A stretch of DNA of 64,000 nt from contig BFEA01000019.1 in NCBI GenBank assembly GCA_003427395.1, forward strand, positions 4,358,696-4,422,695, read 5' to 3'. Numbering within the stretch: the stretch's first letter is position 1; each line of letters starts with the position of its first letter. Positions 51,197-64,000 of this stretch are shown piece by piece. Position numbers and translations under genes: made by a program. Below the pieces are notes generated by a model. It saw only the letters and a program-made list of their open reading frames with translations. It did not search any database and was not told where the DNA came from. The stretch comes from Chara braunii. Its lineage: Eukaryota; Plantae; Charophyceae.

Positions 51197-51771
51197 NNNN
51201 NNNNNNNNNNNNNNNNNNNNNNNNNNNNNNNNNNNNNNNNNNNNNNNNNNNNNNNNNNNNNNNNNNNNNNNNNNNNNNNNNNNNNNNNNNNNNNNNNNNN
51301 NNNNNNNNNNNNNNNNNNNNNNNNNNNNNNNNNNNNNNNNNNNNNNNNNNNNNNNNNNNNNNNNNNNNNNNNNNNNNNNNNNNNNNNNNNNNNNNNNNNN
51401 NNNNNNNNNNNNNNNNNNNNNNNNNNNNNNNNNNNNNNNNNNNNNNNNNNNNNNNNNNNNNNNNNNNNNNNNNNNNNNNNNNNNNNNNNNNNNNNNNNNN
51501 NNNNNNNNNNNNNNNNNNNNNNNNNNNNNNNNNNNNNNNNNNNNNNNNNNNNNNNNNNNNNNNNNNNNNNNNNNNNNNNNNNNNNNNNNNNNNNNNNNNN
51601 NNNNNNNNNNNNNNNNNNNNNNNNNNNNNNNNNNNNNNNNNNNNNNNNNNNNNNNNNNNNNNNNNNNNNNNNNNNNNNNNNNNNNNNNNNNNNNNNNNNN
51701 NNNNNNNNNNNNNNNNNNNNNNNNNNNNNNNNNNNNNNNNNNNNNNNNNNNNNNNNNNNNNNNNNNNNNNN
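51197..51771. other. assembly gap
   Basis: Run of N. Confidence 1.
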
Positions 51772-51778
51772 TGTGACA

Positions 51779-51857
<79 letters not shown>

Positions 51858-54800
51858 TTGGATACGAGTGCAGCCCGAACGACCGAACGAATCTACAGGG
51901 GGGTCGAACGTTCGGCCATTCGGGTTCGGGCGTTCAGCCACGGCCGATTGTTGGTTACCATACATATATTAACAAAAAAATCTAAGCTACCAGCTAGGCC
52001 GCCTGGATCCTTATGTGGCCAGGCCGTGCAAGGATCGGGGAAGGTCCCAACAAAAAGAGAAAAAACCAAAAATTCCAAAAGTTTGCGAAAACAATTATGT
52101 TATGCAAAAAAATAAATTGAACAACTTTTGCCTCAAGTCAGATTGAAATTCTTCACCAAATTGAAAAATAAGTTTTTTTTTCTTTTTTTTTCTTGGTGGG
52201 CAAGTGACCCTGAACCACTCCCGTAGCCGAGCAAAAAATGCAAAAAAATAAAATAAAAAATAAAAAATAGAAAACAAAAGCAGACAGTTATGTAACCGTC
52301 TAACACACGATAATTTTTTACCTACAAGAGCCTTAACGCATAATAACGATCTCATTATTCGTAGTACCGTTAACATCCTAACTAAACCCTATATGACGTT
52401 AGTCTGCAAGTAACAAAATAAGATAAGTATTAGAGTAGAGTCGATATTTCTTTATCATTTAATGCCTTAAAAACTATGAAATCGATCACTCATATTCATT
52501 TAAAAAAATAATAAAATACTTGTGCTGCAATGCTTACCAAAAGAAATGACTCAATAATCTTGTGTATATACCCCAATTGTTTGCAGGCGAACAAACTACC
52601 CTCTAAAAAAATCAACTACCATACCAACAAAGGTCAATGTTGATCGCAATGTTGTCACTTCGCTATGTTGTAAAAAAATACTAAGAAAGCAATTGTACGA
52701 GAGAAGCTTAACGGAGGGTGAAATATTCGTCGTTTTCAAAAACAGTTTCGGTGCGAAATTCGTTGAGATTATAAAAAACAAACGATAAAGGCCCATAGTG
52801 CAAAAAAGAAAAAAACAAAATACCCCTGCGCAGATGACATACCCTAAAACACATATATGTCACACAAAAAAAAGAACAAAAAAAGTGACAATTTTAGTGC
52901 AAAATTTGTCAAAAGTAATACTCCTGGTTTTAACCAAATATGAAACATTAGTGCATGTTGCAACACCCTACCAATCATTGAAAAATGAATCTGAAAGGAT
53001 GAATCACCAAAAAATGAATTTTGTTAATGACGTGTTAAGGTTCTAAAAACAATGCACTGTAAAGTTTACAACTCCAGCTAACTCTTACGTAGGCATGAAA
53101 GTAGGTTATGTGGGGCCCTCCACCTCGCCCTTCCCTATAAAAAAAATGAAGGTATTGTCTTAACGCATGTGCTGAAATTGATTGATAATGATCAATCTTT
53201 TTACTTGAACGATTTTCTAGCATCTTGACATTTTTTCTTGTGCAGAAGGGTCACAAGGAATGCAACCCTACAAGTCTAGCATCTTAACATTTTTTTATTT
53301 TTTCTTAGAGTAAACGAGGGAATAACTTGCATGGTTTATTTGCAATTTTGTGCGCTGTGTGTATAAATGTGTGTGTGCGTGTGTGTGCGTTTGTGAATGT
53401 GAGTTAAAGACAGAGAAAGAGGTAGTGGTTATTTTACACGTACGCGAAAACCCATTATATCGTAGTCTTAGAGATGCAAATTTTGAGTATGGTCCAACGA
53501 GCCAAAACATTGGGGATCTAACATTAACTGTAGGGAGAAAATGATACATTCGCCCTCATTTTTTTTTTCCCTTAATAAAACCTTGTTTCATTTTATCTTA
53601 TTTTATTTTATAATTACAATCATTTACTTTTTTTCCCCAAAATCCAATTTTTCATTACAACTTCAATCAAGGAGGTCAGATTCATCCACATGAATGAACA
53701 TTGCTCATTTATGTTTTTCAAATTTTTCATGTTTTCCAAATAATGCCCAAAGTAGGTTCACTCGATATTTTGCACAAAATTTGAATATTTTACACTTCTT
53801 GTCGCGTCTATTGGCCACATTCAAATATTTAAGATTAACACGCATAAGAAATTATGTGCTTCTGATAGTATGAATAATTTTTTTGGTCTCCAATCACAAT
53901 GTATGATCGGTCCTATATTTTTTTGTAAATTTTGGTCGATATTAAGAAATGTCATTTCACTTTTATTTTATTTTTCTTACTTAAAAACGTTTCCTCCTAG
54001 AATGGGGTATCCTAACTTGTTTGAATTACATTCTATAAATTGAATATAAGTTTTGATGAGTTTATGAAATATTTTAAGTAGACTGAACGTTTATTATAAA
54101 AAGTTTTATTTATGAATAGGTCAATATAATCTTAAATATAATATATTTGTTATTATAATGAAAGCTTAATTAAGACATCTCATAAACTCGTTCAAACTTT
54201 CATTTCAACTTCAACACATAAACGTAGTTGAAGGGGATAACTCATTATTAGATGGAAACTTATCAATTAAAGTTAAAAATGTTCAAATTGGAAGAGCATT
54301 GGAATGATCAATTTTACGTATGAAGGATTCGTTTTATGAAATATTTTTTCATCTTCCATTTGTTATGATAATTTTTATATTGTAGTAGGCGAGTTGTTTA
54401 TTGAATAATTTATTACCTTAGGATCTGACCGCAATGCTTCCGTCAATGTCACGACACTCTACTTGAGCATTTCGTCTAGAATAACGGTGGATTAGTTTGT
54501 CCCAGGTCATATCATCCCGATATGCCTATGGTGGTTTCCCGACTCTGTCACGTATCTCTCCTGGTACGTCATACCTGGAGTTTTAACTATGAAGGTTACC
54601 CAAACATACATTTTGAAGATCTTACTACACATATATTATTTTGTTTATTATTAGTATCAACTATTATGACAAAAACAACTATCGATTATGCAGTGAAGTA
54701 AACGGAAGCGAATGAAGGAAGAGGAGTTAAATCTTTTTCACAGACCCCTAGCGCTGAAGGTGAAAATGATGAACAATCAAAGTAATTGATGAACTTTTGT

Positions 54801-55286
54801 TGCACCGAAGGTACCATATCTACAAATATTGATCCTGGTGAGATGATCGTTGAAGGTAGTAAAGTACACTTCAAGGTAAACGTCGTGCTGAATCAGAGCA
54901 AAAACAAGTAGCTCAAAGAGCATATATTAACAAATATCTTCAAAGTGGGCGCTCACTTCCTTTATAATAACGTTAAGGACGATATCGTTAGGGAGATAAG
55001 GAGGCAGAGGACGAAAACTTTGATTCACAAAACGTTCGATATGACAAACTTAAAATTGAATCGTTAAATGTTTAATATTATGTGGTAAAGTTTAACAAAA
55101 TTGTCAATTGACTTATAAGTAAAGAGAGAAACGAACTCATAATTGATCTCGACCAATATATTTTTCAATTCACGCCCTGATTAATGAATGTACAACTTCG
55201 TCGTAAGTCGCAAAAAAAAGATGAAGTTTACTTTTGGGTTGTCGCAGTTCACATTTCATTGTACACCTTCCTCTACTTAGAGGGGA

Positions 55287-56212
55287 AAGTAAGACGATAA
55301 ATTTCTCATATCATCTAGTCACATCCTTCAGAGCATCATCGAATGAAACGGATTATAACTACAATTTCGTAAAAATTAACATTTTTTGTTTTTTGAACGA
55401 AATTGAAACTGAGTTTTTTCAACTTTTCTGACCGAAAACTCAGTCTTAATTTGCTGCTCTTGAGGTTCCAACGTTTTTCAAATGCTGGACCCCCTGGATG
55501 TATAAAGGCTAAGCTTGATACCAGATGCATCCAGGGGGGACTGCTTGAATGTATCTGGTCTTAAACTAGGTCCAGATATGTATAGGGGGTCTAAGCGTTT
55601 TAAGAACAACGGACCCTCAATAGCAGTAAGACGATAAATTTCACATATCATCCAGTCACATCCTTAAGAGCATCATCGAATGAAACGGACTATAAACACC
55701 ATTTCGTCAAAATGAACATTTTTAGTTTTTTTAACGAAATTGAAACTGAGTTTTTTCCACTTTTTTAACCGAAAACTCAGTATAAATTTGATGTTCTTGA
55801 GGGTCCAACGTTTTTCAAAAGTTAGACGCCCTGAATGTATAAAGGTCAAGTTTGAGACCCGATACATCCAGGGGGGACCGCCTGAATGTATCTGGTCTTA
55901 AACTAGGTCCAGATACATACAGGGAGTCTAGCGTTTTAAAAACGCCGGACCCTCAAGAGTAACACATTTAGTCTGAGTTTTCGGCTAAAAAAGTGGAAAA
56001 GCTTGAGACCAGATACATGCAAGGGGGACCGCCTGGATGTATCTGGTATCAAGTTAGGTTCAGATACATACAGGGGGTCCAGCGTTTTAAAAACACCGAA
56101 CCCTCAAAAACAGCGTATTTAAACTGAGTTTTCATCCCAAAAAGTTGAAAAACTCAGTTTCAATTTTGTTATAAAAAAAAAAAATTGTCAATTTTGACGA
56201 AATGGTAGTTTT
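55287..56212. mobile_element. foldback/MITE-like element with long TIRs and a tandem ~337-bp duplication
   Basis: 55287-55620 repeats at 55625-55955. ACCATTTCGTCAAAAT..TTGAAACTGAGTTTTT (55698-55755) is inverted at 56140-56205. Internal palindromes GATACATCCAG..CTG.ATGTATC. Confidence 0.7.
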
Positions 56213-57922
56213 ATTATTAATATCAAACTCAATATTAAATTAAAGGCGCGAGACAATATAAAATATAAAATTTTGAGAGACACTTCAGAGGGTAATTCGC
56301 CAGAGGAAAAATTTGCTTCATCAGTCATTTCACAGTGCAGGTGTTGTACGACGTTTTTGCATTCAGAAACACAATGTAGCACAATGTAGGAGAATTAATT
56401 AATCGTCAACAAAACTCAACGACAACCCCAAAAAACTCTTAAGTTGAAGTAGACGGTAAAACTCCTACAACGAGTCGATAATATCAAGGCTATTTTGGAC
56501 CTAGCCTAACCAACTCAACAAACATCAACTTAAGTGTCGCACAAACAACCTATTTGGTGCCACCTTTCACAAGTCGAGTTAATTCAACGTTGTCCTTGAG
56601 TCTTCAAACTATTACAAGCCACGTCGAGTTGTTTGACCTCCCTCCACATAGCAGTCCAAATTGAAACGTCTCCATGCGGATGCTACGAATTGCTTTTGGC
56701 TTTCGCATCAATTTCGGCAGGGGCCCTCCAATATGTCATTTCGACCTACCCTTTTTTTTCTCCATCTCCCCATACTATCGAAAAATAGCAAATGACGAGG
56801 AGGACGAGAGGAGGTGGAGGAGAGGAGGACTTGAAGGAGGAGGAGGATGACGAGGAGGAGGTGAGTTCGAGAGAGGGCATAAGGGTTGGTGAAAACTCAC
56901 CTTGGAGGCAGCTGACCAGCTGCTGCAAGAGGCGAGTATGGTCACGTCTTCCACGTGATGGTGCAAACGCAAGGAGACGTCGGGGCTGCTCTTCGAGGCT
57001 GAATGACAACGCTGCTTCCTTCTTCCTCAATGGACGTGGCCGCAACATCGACGAACAAACGGTCACCCCAAGCCCTTCCAGTATCAGGTAGGTAGCAACG
57101 AAGAAACGCCCCCCTTCCCCCCCCCCTCCCCTCCGCCCAAAACAAAATTTGAAATTACTTAGGGCCTTGCTTAATAGCGGCAAAAAAAAAGGAAATTAGT
57201 ATTGGAAACATAGGGGGAAAAAAATCGAATTTTTTTTTAACACGCCCCTCCGAAATCCATCTATTTGCGGCATGCCCTTTCCCTATCGTGCCCCTTTGTA
57301 ACTTTTAAAGGTTCCGAGAACCCCCCGAGGTTTGTCTGACCTTGAAATTTGGTCCTCTGTTATCAGTTGTCCCCTGACAGGTGCTCCCATTAGGGGTTCC
57401 CTAAAGGCAATACGGCCACCCAGGCCTGGACAGGTCCCCTGGTGTTAGATAAGACACATGATTGAATTGACCTGGGCTGGTTAGTCTGATGATAATAGCT
57501 CAACGCAGTCGCCTTTTTTTTCTGGAGTAATGAATGTCTTTGAATCTAGCAGCGAAGCCCCACTAGCACAAGTTTGGATTTGATTGCTCTACCGGTGTGG
57601 CACGGTACGACGGAGGGGCAGGGTGGCACCGTGTCACACAATTTCAAAGTTTTTTTTACGAATTATGAAAACCGTCTAAAAATGTCCTTCAATGATTACA
57701 ATCTATCAATCTACCACGAGTTTCTGGAGTACCTGTTGTCGGGCGTTGCTCCACGTCACCAAATGTGGAGAATGAGAATGTATTTTTTGCCTGAACATGA
57801 GAAAATACAGCGCCACAGTATTTGTCTTTCATGTATCTGGTGATAATCGCCAAAGGCTAAGGAGTAGAAGAACACGGACAAAGCTTGGACTCAAATGTGG
57901 AGACAGACACACACACACACAC

Positions 57923-57979
<57 letters not shown>

Positions 57980-58310
57980 ATAGTCTGGTCAGGCTGACAC
58001 ACTCATCGACTACTACAAGAAAACCGACCCGCAATATTGAACATAAACGCACACACATGACCACTTACTGTTAGACATTATGATCGAACATTCATTCTAC
58101 GAAACTGCACAAACGGTGTAGATATGCGCTACAACAACATGAACAACTCATCCGACATAAGCAAACGTTTCATACAGTTGGGAACGGAGGGTCAAATAAC
58201 ACCACAAAAATACGTAATTTTGCAGGATCGGCCCGCAGTACAGAACCGCCACACACACACACACATACACACACTCGACAATCGATTATGTATCGAAATG
58301 CGGGTCAACA

Positions 58311-58422
58311 ATCATGTTGGAAACTTGTTGGGAAAAAAGTGGAGACCTGTAGGAAACCATGTTGGACTCGTTGAGAACAAGTTGGAGACCTCTAGGAAAC
58401 CATGCTGGACTCGTTGAGAAAA
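58311..58422 (+). repeat. ~44-bp tandem repeat
   Basis: About 2.5 copies of CATGYTGGACTCGTTGAGAA.AAGTTGGAGACCT.TAGGAAAC. Confidence 0.7.
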
Positions 58423-58971
58423 AATTGATAATGTTGAGAAGTAGTTGAAGACAGTTAAAGACCCGCTTTCAACAATTGGTCACAACCTTAGTGGTCTGAA
58501 TAAGTTAGACATGAAAATAAAAATTTGTTGGAATTCTGCGATAAAGTTTTTGTTGACTTCCTTTATGGGTTTCCACAACCCTATAGGATGCCACAACAAT
58601 TTGTTTTTATTATATATATCAATCCATCCAAAGGGGTCTTTTATACATTCATCCATCCATATGGGGTCTTAGTCTCTCGTATTGTGAGGTTACTCCTATA
58701 TTCTTGAAAACTACTACAATATTCACCGTTAATTATAGTGGAATCCCCTTTGTGGGGCAATTAATGGGAGTCGATACAATGGTTGGAACAAGCACAATCC
58801 AAGATAGTCATCTTGGCACAGAACGAAGTACTTATTGTATACGAAGTGACACTCCGGGTAACCGAAAAAATTGGATCGTGAAGGAAGTTTTACGTAGGAA
58901 GGAGGAACACTAGATGAAGAACTATCGACATCATTATAGAGTTTTGAAAACAATGCTACCATAGTTGGGAG

Positions 58972-59238
58972 TAGTTAATGGGAAAAAAAAAAAAAACTAT
59001 AAAGCACTATAAAACCCTATTTGAACTTACTTTTGGAGTTCGTCAAATTTTTCCCCGAATTCTATGTTTTTGCCAATTTTTTTGTTAGCACTCCAAATGC
59101 ATCGAAACTGAGTACGGACATACCCTAAAACACATACATATCACACAAAAAAAAAAGAAACAATAAAAAAACACCAATTCAAGGAAATGTGGCAGTTTAG
59201 GTGAAATATTCACTGAAAATGACACCACTTATTCACCA
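58972..59238 (-). mobile_element. internally deleted TGGTTAATRG-family MITE
   Basis: Reverse complement matches 16496-16871 (GTGGTGTCATTTTC..AAACTGCCACATTTCC..). Confidence 0.6.
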
Positions 59239-59652
59239 TATGTGATAGTTGGAACTCCAAGCACCAAGATGACGTGAAGCGGTTTGTCCGTATCCCTGTC
59301 GAAAAACCGGCTTCAAAACATCGAGAATAAAATGTTATTCTTCTGCATGGGAGTTTGAAATTTTTTCTATATAATAGATTTTTTGGGACTTGACAGGGTT
59401 TCACTCATAGTAAGTCACCCTTCTCGACATATTTCAATGCCCTCTGCTGTCGCGGTCTTGATTCATAGTGTGACTTCCCTATACTCTTAAAGAATGCAAA
59501 GGGTCCAGCATGACGCTTCCCGCCGGGCCCAGCGAAAATCGGTGTGGAGGCAGGTCGGACTGGGGCAAGGCAAATTGGCCGCGGCGTTTCGTGGCGGGAC
59601 TGGGGCGGTGTGGGCTTGCGTGGCGACGTTTAGTGGTGGGCGGATGTGCACC

Positions 59653-59736
59653 GTTTCATTTTCGTGAGTGAGACGTTTCATTTTCGTGAGCGAGACATTT
59701 CATTTTCGTGAGGGAGACGTTTCATTTTCGTGAGTG
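59653..59736 (+). repeat. 22-bp tandem repeat x4
   Basis: GTTTCATTTTCGTGAG.GAGAC units. Confidence 0.9.
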
Positions 59737-61500
59737 AGGTGTCCGCCGCGGGGCAGGAGGTAAGTGCACCAATTCGACTTTGTCAATGACTGCACCGACC
59801 AAAAACTCTGGTGGTGGCTCTGACACACACACACACATAAACACCCATACAGACACACAGTCGGATGGAGAGGCGCGGATGCACGTGCACTTCACACGCA
59901 CCGTGAGTCGTCGAGATGGGGGACAAGGACGAGTACAATGGAAAGGACAGGCAGAAGACGAGGGAATGTCGCGAATGCATATAAACTCCAAACTTACAGT
60001 GAGATGGGAGACAGGGACGATCTAAAGGGAGAGGACAGACAGAAGACGAGAGAAGAGGTGGAGCAGGGAGATCGAAGAGGAAGTGGAAGAGTGATGGGAA
60101 CAACAACGAAGGTGCGAGGGAGGGGGAGGGATGATTGGGGCTGGAGGCCAAGGGAGGACGATGAGGGAGAGGGCACGAGGGAGGACGGAGGATCACCATG
60201 ATGGAGGAGGATGGGCACGAGGGAGGAGGGAGGAAGGACAACGCATGTGCAAGGGATTGAAGCATGGAACAACAACAAATGCACGAGGGAAGAGGGAGCA
60301 TGATCGAGCGCGGAGGCCACGGGGGAAGGATGAGGGAGAACAGGCACGAAGGTGCAAGGGAAGCGGAAGAATGATCGAGTGGGTAGACCACGGAAGGAGG
60401 ATGAGGAAGAACCATGAGGAAGGACAACGGGGATGCATGTACACTGCTCAGACAGCGAGTGATCGAGATGGGGGATGACCACGATCACAATGGAGAGCAG
60501 AGGCAGAAAAAAAAGGAGGAGGAGCAGGGAGATCTTCGAGCGAGAGGAAGAGCGATGGGAACAACAAGGAAGGTGGCAGGGAGGAGGAAGGATGATCGAG
60601 GGCAGTGGCGAAGGGAGGAGAACGAGGTAGAAGCATGAGGGAGACCCGTGACGCACTAGGATGGCGGCGAGGGAGGAAGGAGGACAACCAGAAGACGTGC
60701 AAAGAGGAGGAGGAAGATCTACGAGGGAGTGGAAGAGCGATGGGAACAACAACGAAGGTGCGAGGGAAGAGGAAGCATGATCGGGAGTCGTTTTTTTCGT
60801 TTAAGATCCTGCTACTTGGCACTGAGAACAAAAACTACCATGCATATAATATAATATATAGACTCAAATATGAGTTGATATAACGATCAGATTCCACGGG
60901 GGGGGGGGGGGGGGGGGGGTAAGTCAGTAAGGAAGAGAAGAAGAATGACGCGGAGCATGGATAAACGAGAGGAGGACACCGATCACAATTTTTTGGCGGA
61001 GTCTTTCGGGCCGCCAACAGAGATGACAGGAGGACTAAGGTGGAGATGAGTGGTAGACGAAGCACGAAATTGTGCGGAAGAAGGAGAAAGAAGGAGAACT
61101 TTGATAGGACGAGGAGGTGGAGGGCGCAACCTTGGAAAAAAAAGAAAAAACAGCGCATGACAGGTCATGTGCCACGTGTCACGCACGTATGAAGAAGGGT
61201 ACGATGGCAAGAGAAGAGAAAGAAAAGAGGAGCAAGCAGGACAGGAGAAGGAACGAGGAGATGAGGAGGAAGGGGGAAGAGGGCAAAATGGCTATGTTCT
61301 AACTAAGATTCATTGGCCTTTTTTTTGGGTTTTCTTGCGGGCCCAGCCTGACGCCCCCTGAGGCGGGGGAATGTGAGGCCCACTCCCACGGGGGCAGGCC
61401 GAGCATGTGAGGGACAAAGAGGTTGTGGAGGAAGCATTTTTTTTTCCTGTCATTGCGCAACCCTTGGGACGCATGCGCGTTACATTTGGTTGGATTGACA

Positions 61501-61553
<53 letters not shown>

Positions 61554-61681
61554 TCTGATTAGTGGACCCCATTCACCCTTTCCAGATGAGCAAACGCAGA
61601 GAGCGACACACACATGCACACACACGCGGGGTTGGAGACTTGTCTATTGGCCGGTACGTTGCTCAACCAATCGATGATAAA

Positions 61682-61767
<86 letters not shown>

Positions 61768-61954
61768 TACACACATGTACAAAAAAAAAATAAAAAAAAA
61801 TGACATTATATATTTTCATGTTTTAGGGAAGCATTCATTTCGGTTTTGCTCATCCGAAGTAGCATGGCTGGAAAGCAATGTATATTTTCATATTATTGTT
61901 CATCCTACTGATGAACGTAGCCTCTCTCTATCTCTTTGTGCATGGCTGAAAAAC

Positions 61955-62008
<54 letters not shown>

Positions 62009-62010
62009 TC

Positions 62011-62041
<31 letters not shown>

Positions 62042-62134
62042 TACACATGCGAGCGTGTAATAGTGTATATCTCAACGTTCTAGTGAAAGATTCATTTGAT
62101 TTTATTCATCATATCAATGGAAGTAGCGTGCGGC

Positions 62135-62179
<45 letters not shown>

Positions 62180-62180
62180 C

Positions 62181-62221
<41 letters not shown>

Positions 62222-64000
62222 AAAAAAAAAAAAAAAAAAAAGAGAGAGAAATGTCCCCTTTTATTTTTGGGAGAAAGGTGGGAGAGTAATTTGCCAAATA
62301 CCCCCTTAAGTTGAGATATATGTCAAAAAGTCCCTAAAAAATATGGGCACAATGAAATGGTCTTTTGGGCTGACATGTTTGTATTATGCCCCTGTCACGC
62401 GGGTTGCAAATTCGCTTGGTCTTTTGCAATTGCACCTACAAAACTTGGCAACTACCGGGATATTTTGCAAAAATGGGCAGCGTCCGGTAGGGGTACATTG
62501 CAAATATGGGTTCCAACTGATGCCTTGGGTGTTTCACAAAATGTTTTTTAGCATCGTCCTTCGCCTCAGCGTAGCTGCGGCAGGTCCACTTCTATTATAA
62601 ATTTATTTTCCGTCTTATCCCGGATATAATTATGGATTGTGTGATTACCGACCTCCCCCATGAGACAGGCAAGAAAATCAATGTTCTTATCCATAAAAGA
62701 TAAAAAATATTATCGATTTTTTCGCTTTGTTATCCTCTAAAATTGGTTTGTCATAATGAAGCGTTCTACCGTCCAACCCTGCCGCATTTAACAAGTAACG
62801 GATGAAATGAGCCTTAATGAGTAAAATCAAATTATTGAGCGGGAATTTATGTGGCTTGAGTGATCATTCAGGTAACTTAAAAAAGTAACATCTTCGATTT
62901 TTTATTCATATTAACAAGAGACAAATTGTCTGTCTTCGAAAAACTAAATTGAGCAAGAAAAAAAAATAACGAGTAACTTCAAAAAGAAATAACTTCGACT
63001 TTGAGTTCACAATAATGGGATGTAAGTTGATTGTCTTCAAAAAACTAAATTGAGCGAAAGAAAAATTAACAATCTTGGAAATTGGTGGAAGAAACCGCAT
63101 ATTTGATCTTCCTCAATAAGCACTCGATGGATACACAAGCGGTTAACAGGGACCCCCACTTTTCGGCCCTAGGTATGGATAGGGTTGAAATATTAATTAA
63201 TCGGAACTTGGAAGCGAAATTTGTTTATGTTAATTACGTCGAGCTATGGGAGGAATGAACTTGGATAAAGTTACTAATTAATGATAAAGAATGAACAATT
63301 ATAACTTTCTATGCCCACGTCAACCCCTGCCTCCATATCACTTTCTTTCAATACTTATTGTATATTATTATAGAGGGTGATTACTTCATCATGGACAGGG
63401 ACCTCACAAATTGTCAATTGCTCCAATGATAAAGTTGTCCTTGCAAATTCAATTATCTCTCTCGAATCAATTGACCCATATCATATAACACAGAATGATC
63501 GTGAAAGGTTTACATGATTTTATAATCCGCGAGAAAATATTGGTATTGTAAAATTTATATTATATTTTTTAATAACGTCATCGAATTAATGGAAATTGAT
63601 CACGGTTATTTATAAACTAACTCACTTCTTAACTAACCATAAGTTCATCACTCTTACAGAGCATACCTCGTAGTTGAATAAAGCTCATAGTCTGTTTTTT
63701 ATAAACATAGAACTTGAAAGATGAAGGATTTATCAACTCAACGAGGAATTTTGGGGATAGTTCGAAAAATATTTGCCTTATATATCAGTCAAACGTTGAC
63801 TAGAGGGAAATAAATTCTCAAATGTTTTATTAATTTGCTATCGATTTTTTCAAGAATTATTGGTCACCATCGCAACAAGCAGGAGTAACCCCTCCAACGT
63901 AAGATTGGATACAATAGACAAAGGATGGTTTTATACCTTCAGGTAAAGAACGTATGAAAATAATTACAGAATGAGACAATCTTTAAAAAATAAAATAAAA

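Noticed and set aside
51164-51985. ORFs of 273 and 262 aa (also 3088-3816, 28825-29448)
   Set aside because: Artefacts of N-gaps and (TA)n tracts.
59783-60831. Long ORFs of 214 and 252 aa
   Set aside because: Purine-skewed low-complexity repeat DNA that lacks stops by composition; no domain motifs.
62287-62506. Mutator-like MITE
   Set aside because: Only a weak inverted match (ATTTGC..TACCCC) and no TSD found.

Overview
Repeat-dense eukaryotic DNA with four N-gaps. The repeat types and the one gene found suggest a streptophyte with a large genome, e.g. a charophyte such as Chara (inference). The only host coding sequence I can support is exon 1 of a Golgi SNARE gene (GOS12/GOSR1-like, minus strand, 25781-25901); I found no later exon in the window. 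The best-preserved mobile element is a ~5.9 kb Penelope-like retroelement (10622-16489, minus). It has ~0.6 kb direct repeats that each carry a type I hammerhead ribozyme, a gag-like CCHC/coiled-coil ORF, and a GIY-YIG endonuclease placed N-terminal to the RT. A second, type III hammerhead family occurs as two near-identical copies (29034-29091 +, 51078-51135 -) and one decayed copy (~9020-9110). The two intact copies head a ~1.7 kb module (ribozyme, then two hAT-like units in (TA)n) present twice in inverted orientation. Also present: a U6 snRNA retrocopy with a target-site duplication, a tRNA-derived SINE, L1 and Ty3 remnants, MITEs, minisatellites, an array of five covarying hairpins (40319-40629) and an array of a 20-bp motif with unrelated spacers (42406-43458). 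Most ORFs in the supplied track are spurious. All identity values are by-eye estimates.
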